Positions 49,341 through 63,947 of a stretch of 64,000 nucleotides of DNA are shown here, piece after piece. Within the stretch, counting starts at the first letter, position 1. Each line of letters starts with the position of its first letter. Both the position numbers and the translations under genes were made by a program. The stretch covers positions 181,722,001 through 181,786,000 of the forward strand of contig NC_042998.1 of assembly GCF_006345805.1 (NCBI RefSeq), read 5' to 3'. Origin of the DNA: Octopus sinensis (taxonomy: Eukaryota). The notes beneath the pieces were generated by a model. It was not told the DNA's origin, made no database searches, and saw only the letters and a list, made by a program, of their open reading frames with translations.

Positions 49341-49844
49341 GCAACAGGGAATTGGATTCAACTTTATCAGACCAGACATACATTTCTGTTCTGCCAAAAT
49401 TGGTTTCTCCTTCATCTTTTTGTGTCCATTTTTTTTTATTTATGTTTTAAACAATTCTTTAAAAATAATTTATAATATTGTTGTTATTATTACGATTATA
49501 TTAAAACATTATTATTATTATTTTTAATAGTAAAAAAAAGAAGTAATCATTAACTTTTTTTTTTTTGTTCTGGATCTTACATTATGTAGTTATTTACTAT
49601 ATCATCATCATTCTACTTTGTTGTGTTTTGAACTTCTCAACTCATCCATTACATACAATTTCATGAAAGTTCTGAAAGACTAGAATCCTTAGTAGAACAT
49701 TTTTTTGTTTTTTGTTTTGTAAGTAACATATACTGTTAGTAACAACATTACCAGCAATGTTAAAACTAAAAAGCTTACCAACAACATTTATTATTATTAT
49801 TATTTTCATTTTTATTTACATTGGATTGAGGCCTTATATACATA

Positions 49845-49860
49845 CATATACACATACATT

Positions 49861-49952
<92 letters not shown>

Positions 49953-49957
49953 CATAC

Positions 49958-49991
<34 letters not shown>

Positions 49992-50050
49992 GTATGTATA
50001 CATATACACACACATAAACACTGTGTATATGTATGCATGTTTGTACATGT
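49845..50050. repeat. Compound (TA)n/(CA)n/(TATG)n microsatellite in the presumed 3' UTR or downstream region
   Basis: Directly visible. Similar tracts occur at 12880-13020, 19017-19075, 25885-26070, 29390-29850, 44260-44350, 51780-51920 and 63770-63945. Confidence 0.95.
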
Positions 50051-51208
50051 GTGTGGTACCCTGATTCTGAAATGATAATAGGCAAAGTTGGTTTTAGTGG
50101 GACTTGAACATAGAATGCGGAGATCTGGCACAAAAAAAAAATGCTGTGCTTTTTATCCAACCCACTTATGACTCCGCATATTTATCTCATAGCAAGGAAC
50201 TATGAGTTGCAATGGAGCAAATCTTCAGTTTCAAATGTGTGTTCATATGTGTAATGAGGACATTTTAAGTTGTGATATGCATGCCTTTTTTTTTTTTTTG
50301 TTTAAAAAAAAAAGACATTAGCTTTCTGAACAGAACTATTTGAATAGGTATTTAATAACAATAATAATAATACTAATAGTCGTTTCTGTAATTGCAGTAG
50401 AGTAGCAACATTACTATAAAATTCAACAACATTAGTAGCTTCATCAGTAACTAAAATTAGTTTGTTTGTTTTTTTTCTTTTTTTTTTTTCTTTACTGATT
50501 TACAATCTACAAGGATCTGAATACTAGTTATTTATGCATATATGTGTGTGTGTGTCTGTGTGTGCATATGTTTTCTGTATCTATGTGCATACATTTGTGT
50601 GTGTATGTGTGTGTACATATATATAAGCGTATTCTCTGCTAAGATTTTATATATATATATATATGCACAATTCATACATACACATTTGTACATTGTCTTA
50701 GTCTTGTCCCTCTCACCTCCTTCTCTTTCTGTCCTACTCTCTTTGTATCTCTCTCTCTCTCTCTCTCTCTCTTCTATTCTCTCTCTCCCTCTCTCCTACT
50801 CTCTCTTCCTCTTACACTTTCTTTCTCTGTCTGAAGAATTCCAGCTGCTAAAACAAACAGAATAAACAAAATATTTGAAACTCTATGCAATGTTGCTGTT
50901 AATGATGGCTGCTTTTAATTTTTGTGAGACATGTGTGGAAAGCAAGCCGTTGTAATGCAGTAGACAGTTATCTCTACCACTGTTGCAATATTTCTGTGCA
51001 TCTACTTCTGCATACACGTCTCGCCATTGCTAGTGCAGCTGTTGCTGCAACCACCATATCCTCACTCTTAGTATTGAGGTCGACTTAGCCTGTCATCCTG
51101 TCGGGGTCAATAAACTAAGTACCAGTTGAATACTGGGTTTGATATAATTGACTTCCACTCGCCTCTAAAATTGCTGGCCTTGTGTCAAAATTCGAAATAA
51201 TAATAATG

Positions 51209-51242
<34 letters not shown>

Positions 51243-51792
51243 GTCTCTAACAAAATTATTCATGTCGATGATGATGATGTTGCATGGTCCAAGATTAACC
51301 CTGATTAAGTAGAATATGATCAAAGGCAATACAGTCATGACCATCCTGCTTGTTTTGTATATCAGGGACTGCACTGTTCAATATATCGTCCTATTTTTTT
51401 AAGGCATTAGAGTGTAATTTGAAGATTTGGCTGTTATTTTTAGCACATCAATCAACTATGTAGAGGCTTCTCTGATGACTCGTATTATTCTTGTTACTAC
51501 ATTTGGTTGCAGTGGAGGTGATAATAGTTAGTACTATTACTACTCCTGCTACTACTAATGCTAATATTACCATAGCTGCTACTACTGCTGCAAATATTCT
51601 GTAGGTATTGTACTTGATGTGTTTAGCAATCTTGTCTGAAGATATTCCATGTCTGATAGTTTATTTTGTTGGACATTTGATAATTAAAGCTTTTACTTAC
51701 ATTTAAGCTGAAACAACAATTGTACCTTATTTGTTAACGTGAATTCAATAACACTATATTCAAGTATGCATATGCATGTATATGTACGTGTG

Positions 51793-51840
<48 letters not shown>

Positions 51841-51878
51841 GGTATTTATATATGTATGCATCTATCTATCAATCTCTC

Positions 51879-51913
<35 letters not shown>

Positions 51914-52704
51914 ATGTATGTATGCATTTATGTGTCTCCATCTACACACAAATATGTTTCTCTCTCTATTTCTGTTCAATATCTTTTAAGCTAAATTTTT
52001 TTTTTATCTTTTTGTCTGCCAAACTACCTATTTGTGAATTGTCTATCTATCTTCTTCTGTATGTTTGTGTAACTCTTTCTTTTCTAAGTGTCTCTTACAA
52101 TCACTCTCATTTTATCTCAGTTATCTGTATGTCTGTTTATCTGTTTACCTACCTCTCCCTTCTGCATCTGCTGATCAATCAATCAATCCTATTTACTTCT
52201 CTTTCTACTTAGCTGTCTATCCAAATGAGACAGTAGAATCCCATCCAAATAAGCTACTGATGGTCTATGATGACATATAGTAAATACCGAAAGTTTACAG
52301 TGGAATAAATCATTTTACTCTGAGGACAAGAAGTCCAATGTTTCAAACAGGACTTGTCATCAGAGAAATGTTATATTTATTGATAGTGTTATCTGTAAGC
52401 ATTTCATCTTTCTCTGATAAAGAGCTATATCCAAAATATTGAACTCTTCCTCATCTCAAGGGCAAAATGATTTATTCCACTTTGCAAACTTTTCATATCT
52501 ATCCACCTAAGTTGTCTAGCTTACTTAGACATTTGTTTATTTATCTGCTACTCATGACAATATGTAGCTTGTGAAGATAGAAATTTTATTTCTGCTTTCA
52601 AATTTATTTTTAAATATATAATTATAAAATTTCATTTTAATTACTTTCTGAGACTTATTCCAAAATTACACACTCTCTTGTCTGTATACTTCTACAACTA
52701 TTTT

Positions 52705-53770
52705 ATTGAGTTCAAACCCTGCTAAGGACAACTTTGCTTTTCATCCTTTCGGAATCAATCAAATAAAGTACCAGTCAAGTACTGAGGGTCAGTTTGATTC
52801 AATAACCCTTCTCCGCAGAACTACTGGCTTCGCACCTAAATTAGAAATTATTATTATTGTAAAGACCATGGTTCGACCAAATTTCTTAGGATGTTAGATA
52901 AAATGCCTTGCAGTATTTCTGGCAGCTTTTTAGATTCTGAGTTCAAACTCCATTGAAGTCAACTTTGCCTTTCATCTCTCCAGAATCATCAAATTACAGT
53001 GCCAGTTAAGTATTGGGGACAGTTTTATTGAATAGCCTTGTACTCATGTTAGAAATTATTATTATTGAGATGGAGTGGTATAAATTCTAGAATACTGCCC
53101 TAAATATCTAGCAATAATTAGTTTCACCCCCCCCCTATCTTTTTAAAGTTCAAATACTTGATCAGCATACATTCTCAAGGATAAATAAATAAAAAAAGTT
53201 AGTAAAGTATACTGCTTCAATTTATTGTCATTAAGAACTGTAGATGAGCAGACTAAATGCCTTTTGGTGTTTACTTTGAGCTAATTATGTTTACAAGTTA
53301 AAATCCCCCGTCTCTTGAGATCAGGTTTGTTTTTGATTCTTTTGAGGTTAATACATTATCAATCTTATTCTGGTTGTCAATTCCTGTGGCTATACTTCTC
53401 GTTCACAAATTTGTGAGTTTGTGCCAATGTACAAAATATAATCCGACCCCAGTATTTGACTGTTTTCTTATTGACCCTGAAAAGACAAAAATATAGTTGA
53501 CCTTGGCAGGATTTAAACTCAGAACATAGAGTTTTGAAAGAAATACAGCAAAACATTTCTTTTGCAGCCCTAGTGGTATTTTTTTCCAATGCTTTACCTT
53601 CAAGTCCCACTAAGATCAACTTTGCCTTTCATCCTACTAGGGACAGTAAAATAAAGTACCAGCTAAGTACTAGGGTACATGTAACCAACAAACCTCTTAC
53701 CCTCAAAATTCCTGGCCTTGTGCCTCAATTAGAAGCATTATTATCATTATTATTATTATTATTATTCACT
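52705..53770. mobile_element. Cluster of four degenerate family-2 SINE copies (+,+,-,+)
   Basis: Recurrent CAACTTTGCCTTTCATCC...AAAGTACCAG cores with (TTA)n tails near 52705, 52900, 53400 (minus) and 53600. A fifth copy lies at about 51070-51200. Confidence 0.7.
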
Positions 53771-56299
53771 TCACCATTGTCCTTATGACTATCTCATTGA
53801 TACCAGTGAAGGTCTGTCTGCCTAATATGCAATGATAAATAGATTAACTAGATTTATAACCAAACTCATATTCTTTGTAGAGTTGAAATTGGAAAATAGA
53901 AAACTCAAAATCTCACATGCATATAGCTAGTTGCTAAATATAGTAACTAAGATATCAAAAGTATTTGTCAAAACAAACAAATGAAAAGTTCTCTCAAAAA
54001 AAAACAAAAAAAACATACGACATACTGATAAAAAGTCAACTCACTACAATAACAATATATTTAAAATCTTCATATTTATCTGTTTTCACATTTTTTTGTG
54101 TGTGTTTTAAACAAACCTCATTTCTAGATTCAAATTAACCAACAGCTTCCCTTCATTTGCATTATATACCACACCATTTTGAAACTTCAAGAATCTCTCA
54201 TAATGTTAATATTAAATATTTTAAGTGTTTTAATTTGTTTCTGTTTTAAAGCTGTTTGCAAGACATCAGTTAATTAGGAGTAGTTCCCTTTTCTAAATCC
54301 TCTCTATGTGAAGATTATAGAGTATTATTCTTGATAGTAAAAATGTCTTTTTTTTCTTTACAAAGTAGATCCTTCTTTCCAGTTTATAAATTAGAGCTGA
54401 ATTGGTTTGGTTTTTATTCTATTAACATTTTGACCATTTCATAGTTATGGTTTCTCTCTTGGCTTATAATTGACTAGTTGGACCTTAACTTAAATTCTTA
54501 AAGAGAACTCATCCTTGTGATGAGAGTATTCAAATATTAAGGTAATAGAATATATTTACACTTTAATTTTTGGTAACTTACAAGTGTTTCGTTGCTGAAA
54601 CACACACACATACACACACACACATACACACACACACTGATATATCAGTTGTGTGATAATGTTTACGTAAGGTATATTTTTGTAATTTCAATTCAGACTG
54701 GTCTTATATTTTCCCTTTACCTTTGTTTATGTTATTCCAAGCAGTTTTAGCTTCTTTCTTTATTGTTTTTTTTTTCTATTCTTTTGCTTGAGCAGGGTTG
54801 GGACACTCTCTAGTTTGGAAAAGGTTGTTCGTAGCATTGAACCTTAATATTAAAAGTGCAGTTAACTATTTTGTATTAATTTTCTTATTCTATTAAATTG
54901 TATTCATATAGCCTTTTTGTTAAAATTTATTGAAAAAATATCACACAAACGCCTTCCTAAATATTGTGTTTATCTAAAATAGAGATTTAAGGGTTCTAAT
55001 TGTGTGTGAGTGAGTGTATGAATGTGTGTGTGTGTGTTTATATACATATATATAATATATACATACAGACATACATGTATGTATGTATAGTTGATATTTT
55101 CTAGAAAAATTCATGTTTATGGTTGTTGAAAAAAAAATCTACATCCTCCCCTCTGTTTGATTTTTGCTTTAGAGCGTTTTGAAAAAATGATTTTAATTTT
55201 TAATATGACTCAATCAAATTTAATTACAATTCATTATAAAAACAGATTTATTTTACATTATTTTCATGGAATTCAAAAACTAAACTGAATGAATGTATCT
55301 TTCACCAATTTGAAAAAGCACAGAATTTCTTGAGTATCACATTGGTTTTTATAATACTTCATCTTCTTCTTAAGTTCCATATGATTTTTTTTTCATTTCT
55401 ATCCTTTTCCACCATTAAATGTAGCTAACATTTTAACTTTTTCATTTTATCAATTGAAGGATTGTTGTTAATATCCACTAATATTGGAAGCCTTAAAAAA
55501 ATTAGATGAATTTTGGTAGAACAAAATGTAACTTTATTTTATTGCCTGTTCATAAACTGTAAATAATTGAAAATTCTTCTACTAATTCTACCAATATGAC
55601 ATAAATGTGATTCATAGATGTGTCTATATTCCAAGTTTGAGAAAGTGCCTCTTTCTGCTAGCTATTATACTAAACGTTCTGTTTTGAAAGGTTTTCAAAA
55701 ACTGTTTTTTGTTTTTATAGATGGAAGTTTTACTTTCAGAAATTAAGAATACTTGATCATTCCTTTCATTTTCCTTATAATCTAGCTAATTTTCCCTGAC
55801 AACCACAAGTGTTTATATTTTGAATTCTCTCATTCAACAATCATACCCAGCAGGTCCATCATAGGACTTCTGTAAAAATGAATTGGATTTCATCCTAATT
55901 CACTTCTCCTGCCTTTCTTGTGTTGATAAACGAGTTGTGATTGAATATTTGTAAAAGTAAGAAATAATTAAGAGAAAGAAACCACTAAATTCATGCTTAA
56001 TTTTGTGATTAGCTAATTATGTATGTGCACATTGTTAAAATTGCAAACCCGCACCAAGTATTGTGCTTCCTTAGCCCATTAGTGAAATGGCTTTAAAATG
56101 AGATTAACTCATTTGATTGCTCATGGAACTACTGCAGATCACTCATAGAGGCAAAAGGTCTGATTTAGGAAAAAATTTGATGCAATTTTTATTCTATAAT
56201 GGAGATAGCTAAATGAAACAAATGGTGATTAGTTTGTATGGGAATTTTAGAAAGTAAATATATTATTTAGCTTCTTTCTTGAACTGTTGCTTTCTTTAG

Positions 56300-56590
56300 A
56301 ACAGCAATTTCCAACATTTTTCTATCCACAGCACACTGAATGAGTTTTACAGCACACCATCAGCTTTATTATATACTTAAAAAGAAAATTTAAAAAAACA
56401 AATGTTAGAATTGTTTTAAAAGAAAGAGGAGTGCATGCATTGCACTTTGCATTTGTTTGATGCATTAAAAACACTCTAGTTTTCTAAGTATCTTGAAATA
56501 TTCCAGCTTGCCTCATAAACTTGTGGCACACCTGCAGACCATATACAACACACTTGCGTGCCATGGCACAGTGGTAGAAAACATTTACAT
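56300..56590. mobile_element. Possible degenerate hAT-type MITE
   Basis: CAGCAATTTCCAACATTTTT left end and CACAGTGGTAGAAAACATT right end loosely resemble hAT MITE termini. Confidence 0.35.
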
Positions 56591-58909
56591 CAGAGAATCA
56601 GTGAGTTCAGCTTTCCTTCCTATTTTACTTTGGACTATTGGTCTTCAAAGTTAATACTATTGCTACAGTTAAGTTTCCCATAGTTCCATCCCCATATAAC
56701 TATCATCAGTAATACCATAATGCCTTATCTACATTGTTTTTAGAAACATATGTGAGCAAAAGTGTTAGATATGCAAACACTACTGAAAAGAAAATTATAG
56801 TCTGTAGTAAACTCTGGCTATAGCTAACATATTAGTACCACCTTTTTGACATGGAGTTGAAATTGGCTTCCTTTGTCTATTTGAACAAAGAATTGTTGAT
56901 ATGTCAGTGAAGAAAGTCATTTAAATTTGTTGGAATTTGTTAAATACTTGATATCTATGAATATATTATTGAAGACTCATTGGAATATTCCCTCTGACAT
57001 TTTTGTACATCTAGAATTTGCCAAGAGGAGCCATAAAGAAAACATCAAACAACAACAATATTCAATATTGTTATTTACAAAGCTGGGAATATGGATAATG
57101 TTCTTTGATTTGAAAAGTAGATATTGTTTTTCCGATAGTTCTGTAACATGTCTGGAATTTCTATCTAATGCTGAATTTGTGGCATAAATTTAGTTGTTAT
57201 TGCCAAATTTGATTAGAGTAAACTAGCCTATATTCATCTGCATACTATATTTTTAAGGGCGTAGATTTGATGACAGCAGAAAAGACTAGAGTTGAGAATA
57301 ATCTTTTTTATTGCAAATAACCTTACAATTTGGTTTCACTAAATTCAAGGACATTTTCAAGATTAATATACATACTCTTTAAAATGAGCAAAAAATAAAT
57401 TTTCTGGTGTCACTTTATAAATACAGAGTTTACTGGAAACAAGATCAGATTAGTATTAATTGTTTGAGAAAGCTCTGCCTACTTGTTTTGTGCAGGAAGG
57501 TTGAAATGTCACTTCCTATATGATCAGAAGGTAGAGCTGTATAACTTTGAATAAGGAATACGGGTCCAGTACACTCTCTAACAGAATAACATTTATGATA
57601 TTATAGGACACAAGCAGAGAACATATGTAGCATTGCTGAAACCTGTTTGTTAATTATTAGAACTTTTATTTTCTTGGATATGCTGGGTGGGGGCTAATTT
57701 AATTGAATGTTATGACAATAAGATCATTTGCCAGTTTCAAAATTGAAAATACTATCAATGCAATAGATAAAAATATTTTTCTGCATAAAACTAATTCCAT
57801 AAGTTGAAAAGACTTTCTTCTCTTAAAATAAATGATTTTGGGCTTCATTGCTCCTTTAGTAGTTTAATGATAAAGGATATAAGATCAATTTTGTTTTAGT
57901 TTTAAAAGTATTTGGAGATGATATTTAAAAGAAGCTCTATTTCCTGTGTCAAATCATATCTGATATCCTGAAAATTAGAATAGAAATCTTCAAACATTTC
58001 TAAAAGAAATTTAAGTTTCATTTCAAATCCTTTGACTTTCAACTCTTTAAGTCTGTATTCTTGAATATTTCTTTGCACACATACTCCAGTGAGGAGTATA
58101 AAATCAATAAGCATCGAATGCTGTGTAATATATCTTTACTCAGTACTTCAATATTACTCCAGTGTATGACATAAAAGAAGAAGAAACGATATAAGTTTCC
58201 ATCATATATTTGACCTATTAACCAACGATTGACTGTTTCATTTATGATTCAGACAGTGATCTCAGATCCTTCAACTTTGTAACATGTTCAGTTTGAAGAT
58301 TCTGATCACGATTATATCTGAAAGAATGTGATCTGTATTTCTCTTTCTTGGTATTTTAAAAGACATATTTACCATCTTTTGTACTGGTGTACTTGCTCAA
58401 GTTCAGAAAGTGTTTAATAGATAAATTGAATTGTAATCTTCTTATATTGATATCATTAGTATTTTTGATAAAAGAACCATCAAATGAGGATTTTTTCCTG
58501 TTCCTTTACTGAGTAGTATTTTCTTGAAATAATTGGGAGTTCTATTAATTGGCTCCAAAACAGATCAACTTCATGTTATATGTACTCCCCCTCCCACATA
58601 TATTAGGGGTTATGCCTTTTGTTTCTTTTGAGTAAATCTTGTAAGTTCTTAAATTAACTGAGAAAGAAAAATCATATTGACTGACCAAAAATAGTTTTGT
58701 CATATTTTGTGATGTTATTAATCTATTTTATATTTCTGAAAATAGAAGTTGCTTATTCTTATGTATTATAGTATAAATTTGCCTGTTGCTAGAATATTTG
58801 AATATAGAAACTTAGATTTACTTCAATTTTCTCGGTTTTGTTCATTTAATATTGTTTAAACATTCCCATTCTCCTCTTTGTGGGTATTATTTTTGTAATT
58901 CTAAACATA

Positions 58910-59326
58910 GGCGCAGGAGTGGCTGTGTGGTAAGTAGCTTGCTAACCAACCACATGGTTCCGGGTTCAGTCCCACTGCGTGGCATCTTGGGCAAGTGTCT
59001 TCTGCTATAGCCCCGGGCCAACCAATGCCTTGTGAGTGGATTTGGTAGACGGAAACTGAAAGAAGCCTGTCGTATATATGTATATATATATATGTGTGTG
59101 TATATGTGTTTGTATGTCTGTGTTTGTCCCCCTAGCATTGCTTGACAACCAATGCTGGTGTGTTTACGTCCCCGTCACTTAGCGGTTCGGCAAAAGAGAC
59201 CGATAGAATAAGTACTGGGCTTACAAAGAATAAGTCCTGGGGTCGATTTGCTCGACTAAAGGCGGTGCTCCAGCATGGCCGCAGTCAAATGACTGAAACA
59301 AGTAAAAGAGTAAAAGAGTAAAGAGT
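58910..59326 (+). mobile_element. Full-length tRNA-headed SINE, family 1 (best preserved copy)
   Basis: A-box-like TGGCTGTGTGG, B-box-like GGTTCAGTCCC, central GCCTTGTGAGTGGATTTGGTAGACGGAAACTG (resembles the MetaSINE central domain, from memory), internal microsatellite, and (GTAAAAGA)n tail. Confidence 0.9.
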
Positions 59327-60064
59327 AATATGGCAAGAGAATATGGCTTTTCATTCTTTAGTGCATGACATTTAACAGAATATTCTTAGATCATTTTTTT
59401 TTTATATAATATCTTTAGAATTTAAAAACGGTGTCACTTTTTGTTTGTTTCAACAGGAGAGTCTGTAATTTCTTTCTACACACTCTTAAACTGGGCAATC
59501 TCAGTAGCTCAGCAAGATGAGTTTACTTCAGTAGATGTATTATGTGTCTTACAATATACCATGTGAACATATATATATATGTAAATGAGGCAGGAAAGGA
59601 GTTATAGACAAACATGTCTGGAGAGAAGATACTGAGCAAAGCAGACTTGCTTTGATTTTGCAAAATTTTGCAGGAGATGACATCTCAAGTGAGTCTTGTA
59701 CAAGTGGTCACTGAGGAGATAGGAGATAGAGAGATAATCAAGATGTTATAGAGGGGATAATAATTTTCTCTTATAATCAATGATTTCCATACTTACAAAT
59801 GGTATGCATAAGTTGCATGCTTTGATATCTTTTGGCAAGAGACCAAAAAGATAACAGCTTGCAATCCACAATGGTATCATTTACTCTGTAAATGGTCTAT
59901 TTTGCATAAGTTGTGCTTGAATATGAATGCTTCCCGGTTAATGATGAATACATACACTGTTTTCAGTGGGAAATGTATACAATCCTTGTGAACTTAGAAA
60001 ATAGATTCTGATTTTGAACTTGTATGCATAACTTTATATATATATATATATATATATACACAGA

Positions 60065-61596
60065 CAGTAGTGCCATTTAATTTAAGAATGCTAGTATAGT
60101 ATACTAATGTTAAAATAGCATTTTTTATATATTCAAGTTGTAAATTGCAAATTAAGGTATATATCAAAATAAAGAAAATTTCATGATCTTTAATTTGGTA
60201 TATGACTTTACAGAGTAACACCAACATATTAACTTTGAATTAAAAATAAACTTTATTTTGCATAATTAACATCGCCACTTAATTTAAGAATGATTTGTAA
60301 ATTTTTTTTTTTTTTTTTTTTTTTTTGCCTTATTGACTAATATAAAAGTAGGGTAATTTGCATGCTTTTAGAATTTTTAAGTTACTTATTAGTTGTGATG
60401 GGTAAGAGACAAAACTTAACACCAGAAAACAGAGCAAGGATCATTCAGCTTAGTAGGCTGAAATGGTCACATAAAGCTATTTCAAACAAAGTTGGGTGCT
60501 CTAAAACAGCCAGCAAGAATGGGTAGATACATTCATAGACTGTTCCTAAAAAAATGAAAAATGACTGCTGTTGACATTTTAAAAGAAATTTGGAAAAAAT
60601 ATGGACTTACCATTAGAGTGTCCACCATAAAAAAAACTGTCTCAAAGAATCTAGACTTCTAGGAAGAATCTCTTACAAAAAGCCATACATTTCTTTAAAA
60701 ACTTGATGTGCATGAGTACAGTTCACAAAAGAGCATTTGAACTGGAGTCCAGCAGATTGGTCAGTTGTGTTGTGGTCAGACGAATCAAAGTTCAACTTGT
60801 TTGTCAGTGATGGTAGGAAGTATGTAAGAAGGCATATAGGTGAAGAATATCATCCAGAATGCATCCAACCTACAATTAAGCACAGTGGTAGAAGTGTGGG
60901 AGTGCATGTCTGGAAATGGTGTTGGTCCTATAATCCAGATCAAGAGCATTATGGATAGTAAGTCCTAACTAAAAGTATCGGATAAGACTATGCTTCCATA
61001 TGCCCGAAAGCATTTGGGCCAATCTTGAACTTTCCAATATGACAACAACCCGAAACACACCTCACACCTAGTCAGAGATTACATTAGGTCTAAGAGAGTA
61101 TGGTTGATGCAGTGGCTAGTACAGTCGCCTGGCCTAAATCCAATCGAAAATCTTTAGGAAAGGTTGGGTAGAACTGTACAAAGTAGTAAGCCAAAGAATA
61201 AAGATTTTTAATATTATTAACCAAAATTGGGAAAAATTCTCAGGAACAGTGATAAATGATTTGAACAATTCCATGTTTCGCAGAATCAAAGCTATATTAA
61301 GTAATTTTGGAAACCCAACCAAATACTGATTGTGTGAGCTTATTATTGTTTTTTTGTTAATGTCAGAATAAACTTTTTAAGGCAAAAAATTGAAATTTTA
61401 TAAATCGTTCTGAATTGAAATGGCGCTATAAATTATGATAATTAAGATTTATTGTTAATTGAAAATTAATATGTTGATGTTACACTTTAAAGTTGTATAC
61501 CATATTAAAGCTCAGGAAATTTTCTTTATTAAATATATAAAAAATGCCATTTTTTACATTAGTATACAAGTGTTCTTAGATTAAATGGCACCACTG
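60065..61596 (+). mobile_element. Full-length but inactivated Tc1 (DD34E) transposon with long IR/DR terminal repeats
   Basis: TIRs of about 200-240 bp (CAGTAGTGCCATTTAATTTAAGAA...TTCTTAGATTAAATGGCACCACTG). Transposase from ATG 60398 (MGKRQNLTPENRARIIQL), with WSDESKF, FQYDNNPKHTS plus 34 residues to NPIE, and GNPTKY* at the end. Several stops and frameshifts. Confidence 0.92.
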
Positions 61597-62471
61597 TGTG
61601 TATGTATGTATATATATATATATATATACACATATATATATACACGAACACACATATATATACACACACATATATTTATGCACACACACATTTATATACA
61701 TCTATATACACCTGCATGCATTCATATGTATGTATGTATGTATGTATGTATGTCCTCTGTTGATTTCACCAATCAATATGCTATCATTTGATCAACTTAA
61801 CTATCTATTCATTGAATTAGCATGTAAATTAATACCACCCCTGTTATCTTGGGTGCCTTCAGCAGGGTCAACTCTGTTGCAAGCAATGTAACTAGGTTTC
61901 CTATTTAAGGATACCTTCCTGCATCCCCCTAACTAAATGTTAATTAGTATAAAGAAAAGTGGCTATAAATAGTGCCCCACAGATATATGTACCCCTCACA
62001 TAAACATTAGCTTACATCGCCATATCAAAAAAAGTTGTGTCAAGGCTTGATCTGTGAAATACAGCGTTTCATCACTTGATCTTCCTCAGTTTCTTTCCAA
62101 GTAGCTGCATTCAATAAAGGCTGAAGGTTATGGTAAAATATACTATGCAAAGGGTTAGAACTTTCAACCTCATGGTCGCAAAGTAAACTTCTTAATTATT
62201 TGGCCATGCCTATGGGTGTGTAAAACACTCACACACACACACATACACGTGTGTATATGTGCATCTATATATGTAAAGAAAGAGGCAGAGAGAGAAAACA
62301 CTGTCTGACATAGATGGAAATATTCTGTGAAATGTAGCATTAAATTTCCAGTAAGTATTTTTACACAGCACTAAATGCTTCAGGTCCTATAGTTAGTGTC
62401 ATAATTTGCTATTAAACTAACTTTTACAAACACAAACACATACATGTTATATATATATGTGCATATATATT

Positions 62472-62505
<34 letters not shown>

Positions 62506-62815
62506 CCTCGGACCCGTCTCAGAGAGCAGAAACTCTGAAGATGAACTGACTCAGGCTTTGACAACCAGTCCAACCCACACAAACTTGGAAAGAAAATATA
62601 ACATACTCATTATTATATAATTATGTGTGTGTACATTATATTTATATGCATGTTAAAGAGAGCCATTAATAATTTCCAATGCACATTATCTTTTCATTTT
62701 ATTTCTGTTGGATGGAAAATGATATTCATGTCATCACTTGACATGATCTCCCACTTGCTACTGCTGTACAGGTTTAAACTTGAAGCATTAAGTGTTTATT
62801 AGTGTTGTGTTAGAC

Positions 62816-63110
62816 ATGGCTGCTCCACTTTCTGTTTGATCCAAATTAGAACAGTGTTCAGTGATCCAAATTTATGTGGGCTGAAAGTATAGCCGAATCC
62901 ATAATTGATTGGAGGCCTTCAGCAAAGCATTGGAAATGTGCCTTCTCGGTATGAACTGTCTACAAATGGATTGGAAACTTCAGAAATGGTCATGCAAGTG
63001 TCATACATTAGGAATGAATCAGACATCCAACCAGTTCCAACTGGCATTAAATGAATCCTTGAAGTGGCTCTGTTGAATAGGCAGTTGATTGATGAAGTAG
63101 CCAATGGTAT
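62816..63110 (+). mobile_element. Mariner transposase N-terminal remnant
   Basis: MAAPLSV*SKLEQCSVI, then after a frameshift MWAE...TVYKWIGNFRNGHASVIH*E*IRHPTSS, typical of the mariner HTH region. Confidence 0.75.
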
Positions 63111-63906
63111 ATAAAGTTTGTGTGTAACATGGGCCCCTAAAACAACTTACAGTATTGCACAAGGAAAATTGTTTTGAAATCTGCCAACAACTTTTGGATT
63201 ACTATTGTAAAGGAGGTGATGTCTTCTTAGAAGAAAATATCTTCACTAGTGTCAATTTTTATGAGCAATTTTTATAAATGCATTGCAAATAAACCTACCC
63301 TCATGAATATATATATACATATATATATCTTCGTTTATATATTTGTATGGATGTCTATATATTTGTGTGTGTGTGTGTGTGTTTTTCTGCATATGTGTGT
63401 GCATTTATGCAAAAGGATTTCAGAAAATACACCAATCAATCATTAACCAACTTACAAATTTACCAACTAGAATTGACTGATTAGCATTATTCACCAACGG
63501 CATATTATTAATTAATGTCATGATTTCAATAAACTGAAAAGTAATTAGTTATTATTTACATAATTTATTTTTAAAATATGAAAGCACTGATAAAACTTTG
63601 AAAGCATTTCTGAAATGAGATGTTATGAGTTAAATGTCTTAAATATGGTGCAACAGACTCGTTATGATTGTTGTTCACGACAAGCTTGGTTTATTCTTTC
63701 GATAGACATAATATTTTCATCACTTCAACTAAAGCTCTTGCAAATTAGTAAATTTTCTGCACATGATGCACACACACACACACACACACACACAAAGAGA
63801 GAGAGAGAGAGAAAGGAATTTTTTATGCCCTTGTGTGTGTGCATTTATGCATATATAGATAGATGCATAAATATATATGCATGTGTGCATATACATACAT
63901 ACATTA

Positions 63907-63947
<41 letters not shown>

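Noticed and set aside
57902-58330. Minus-strand terminal-exon-like segments (DIRYDLTQEIELLLNIISKYF*, YNRDQNLQTEHVTKLKDLRSLSES*)
   Set aside because: Plausible acceptors, but no upstream exons or homology could be identified from the sequence alone.
58910-58985. tRNA-like sequence with A and B boxes
   Set aside because: It is the head of a multi-copy SINE; no convincing cloverleaf or acceptor stem.
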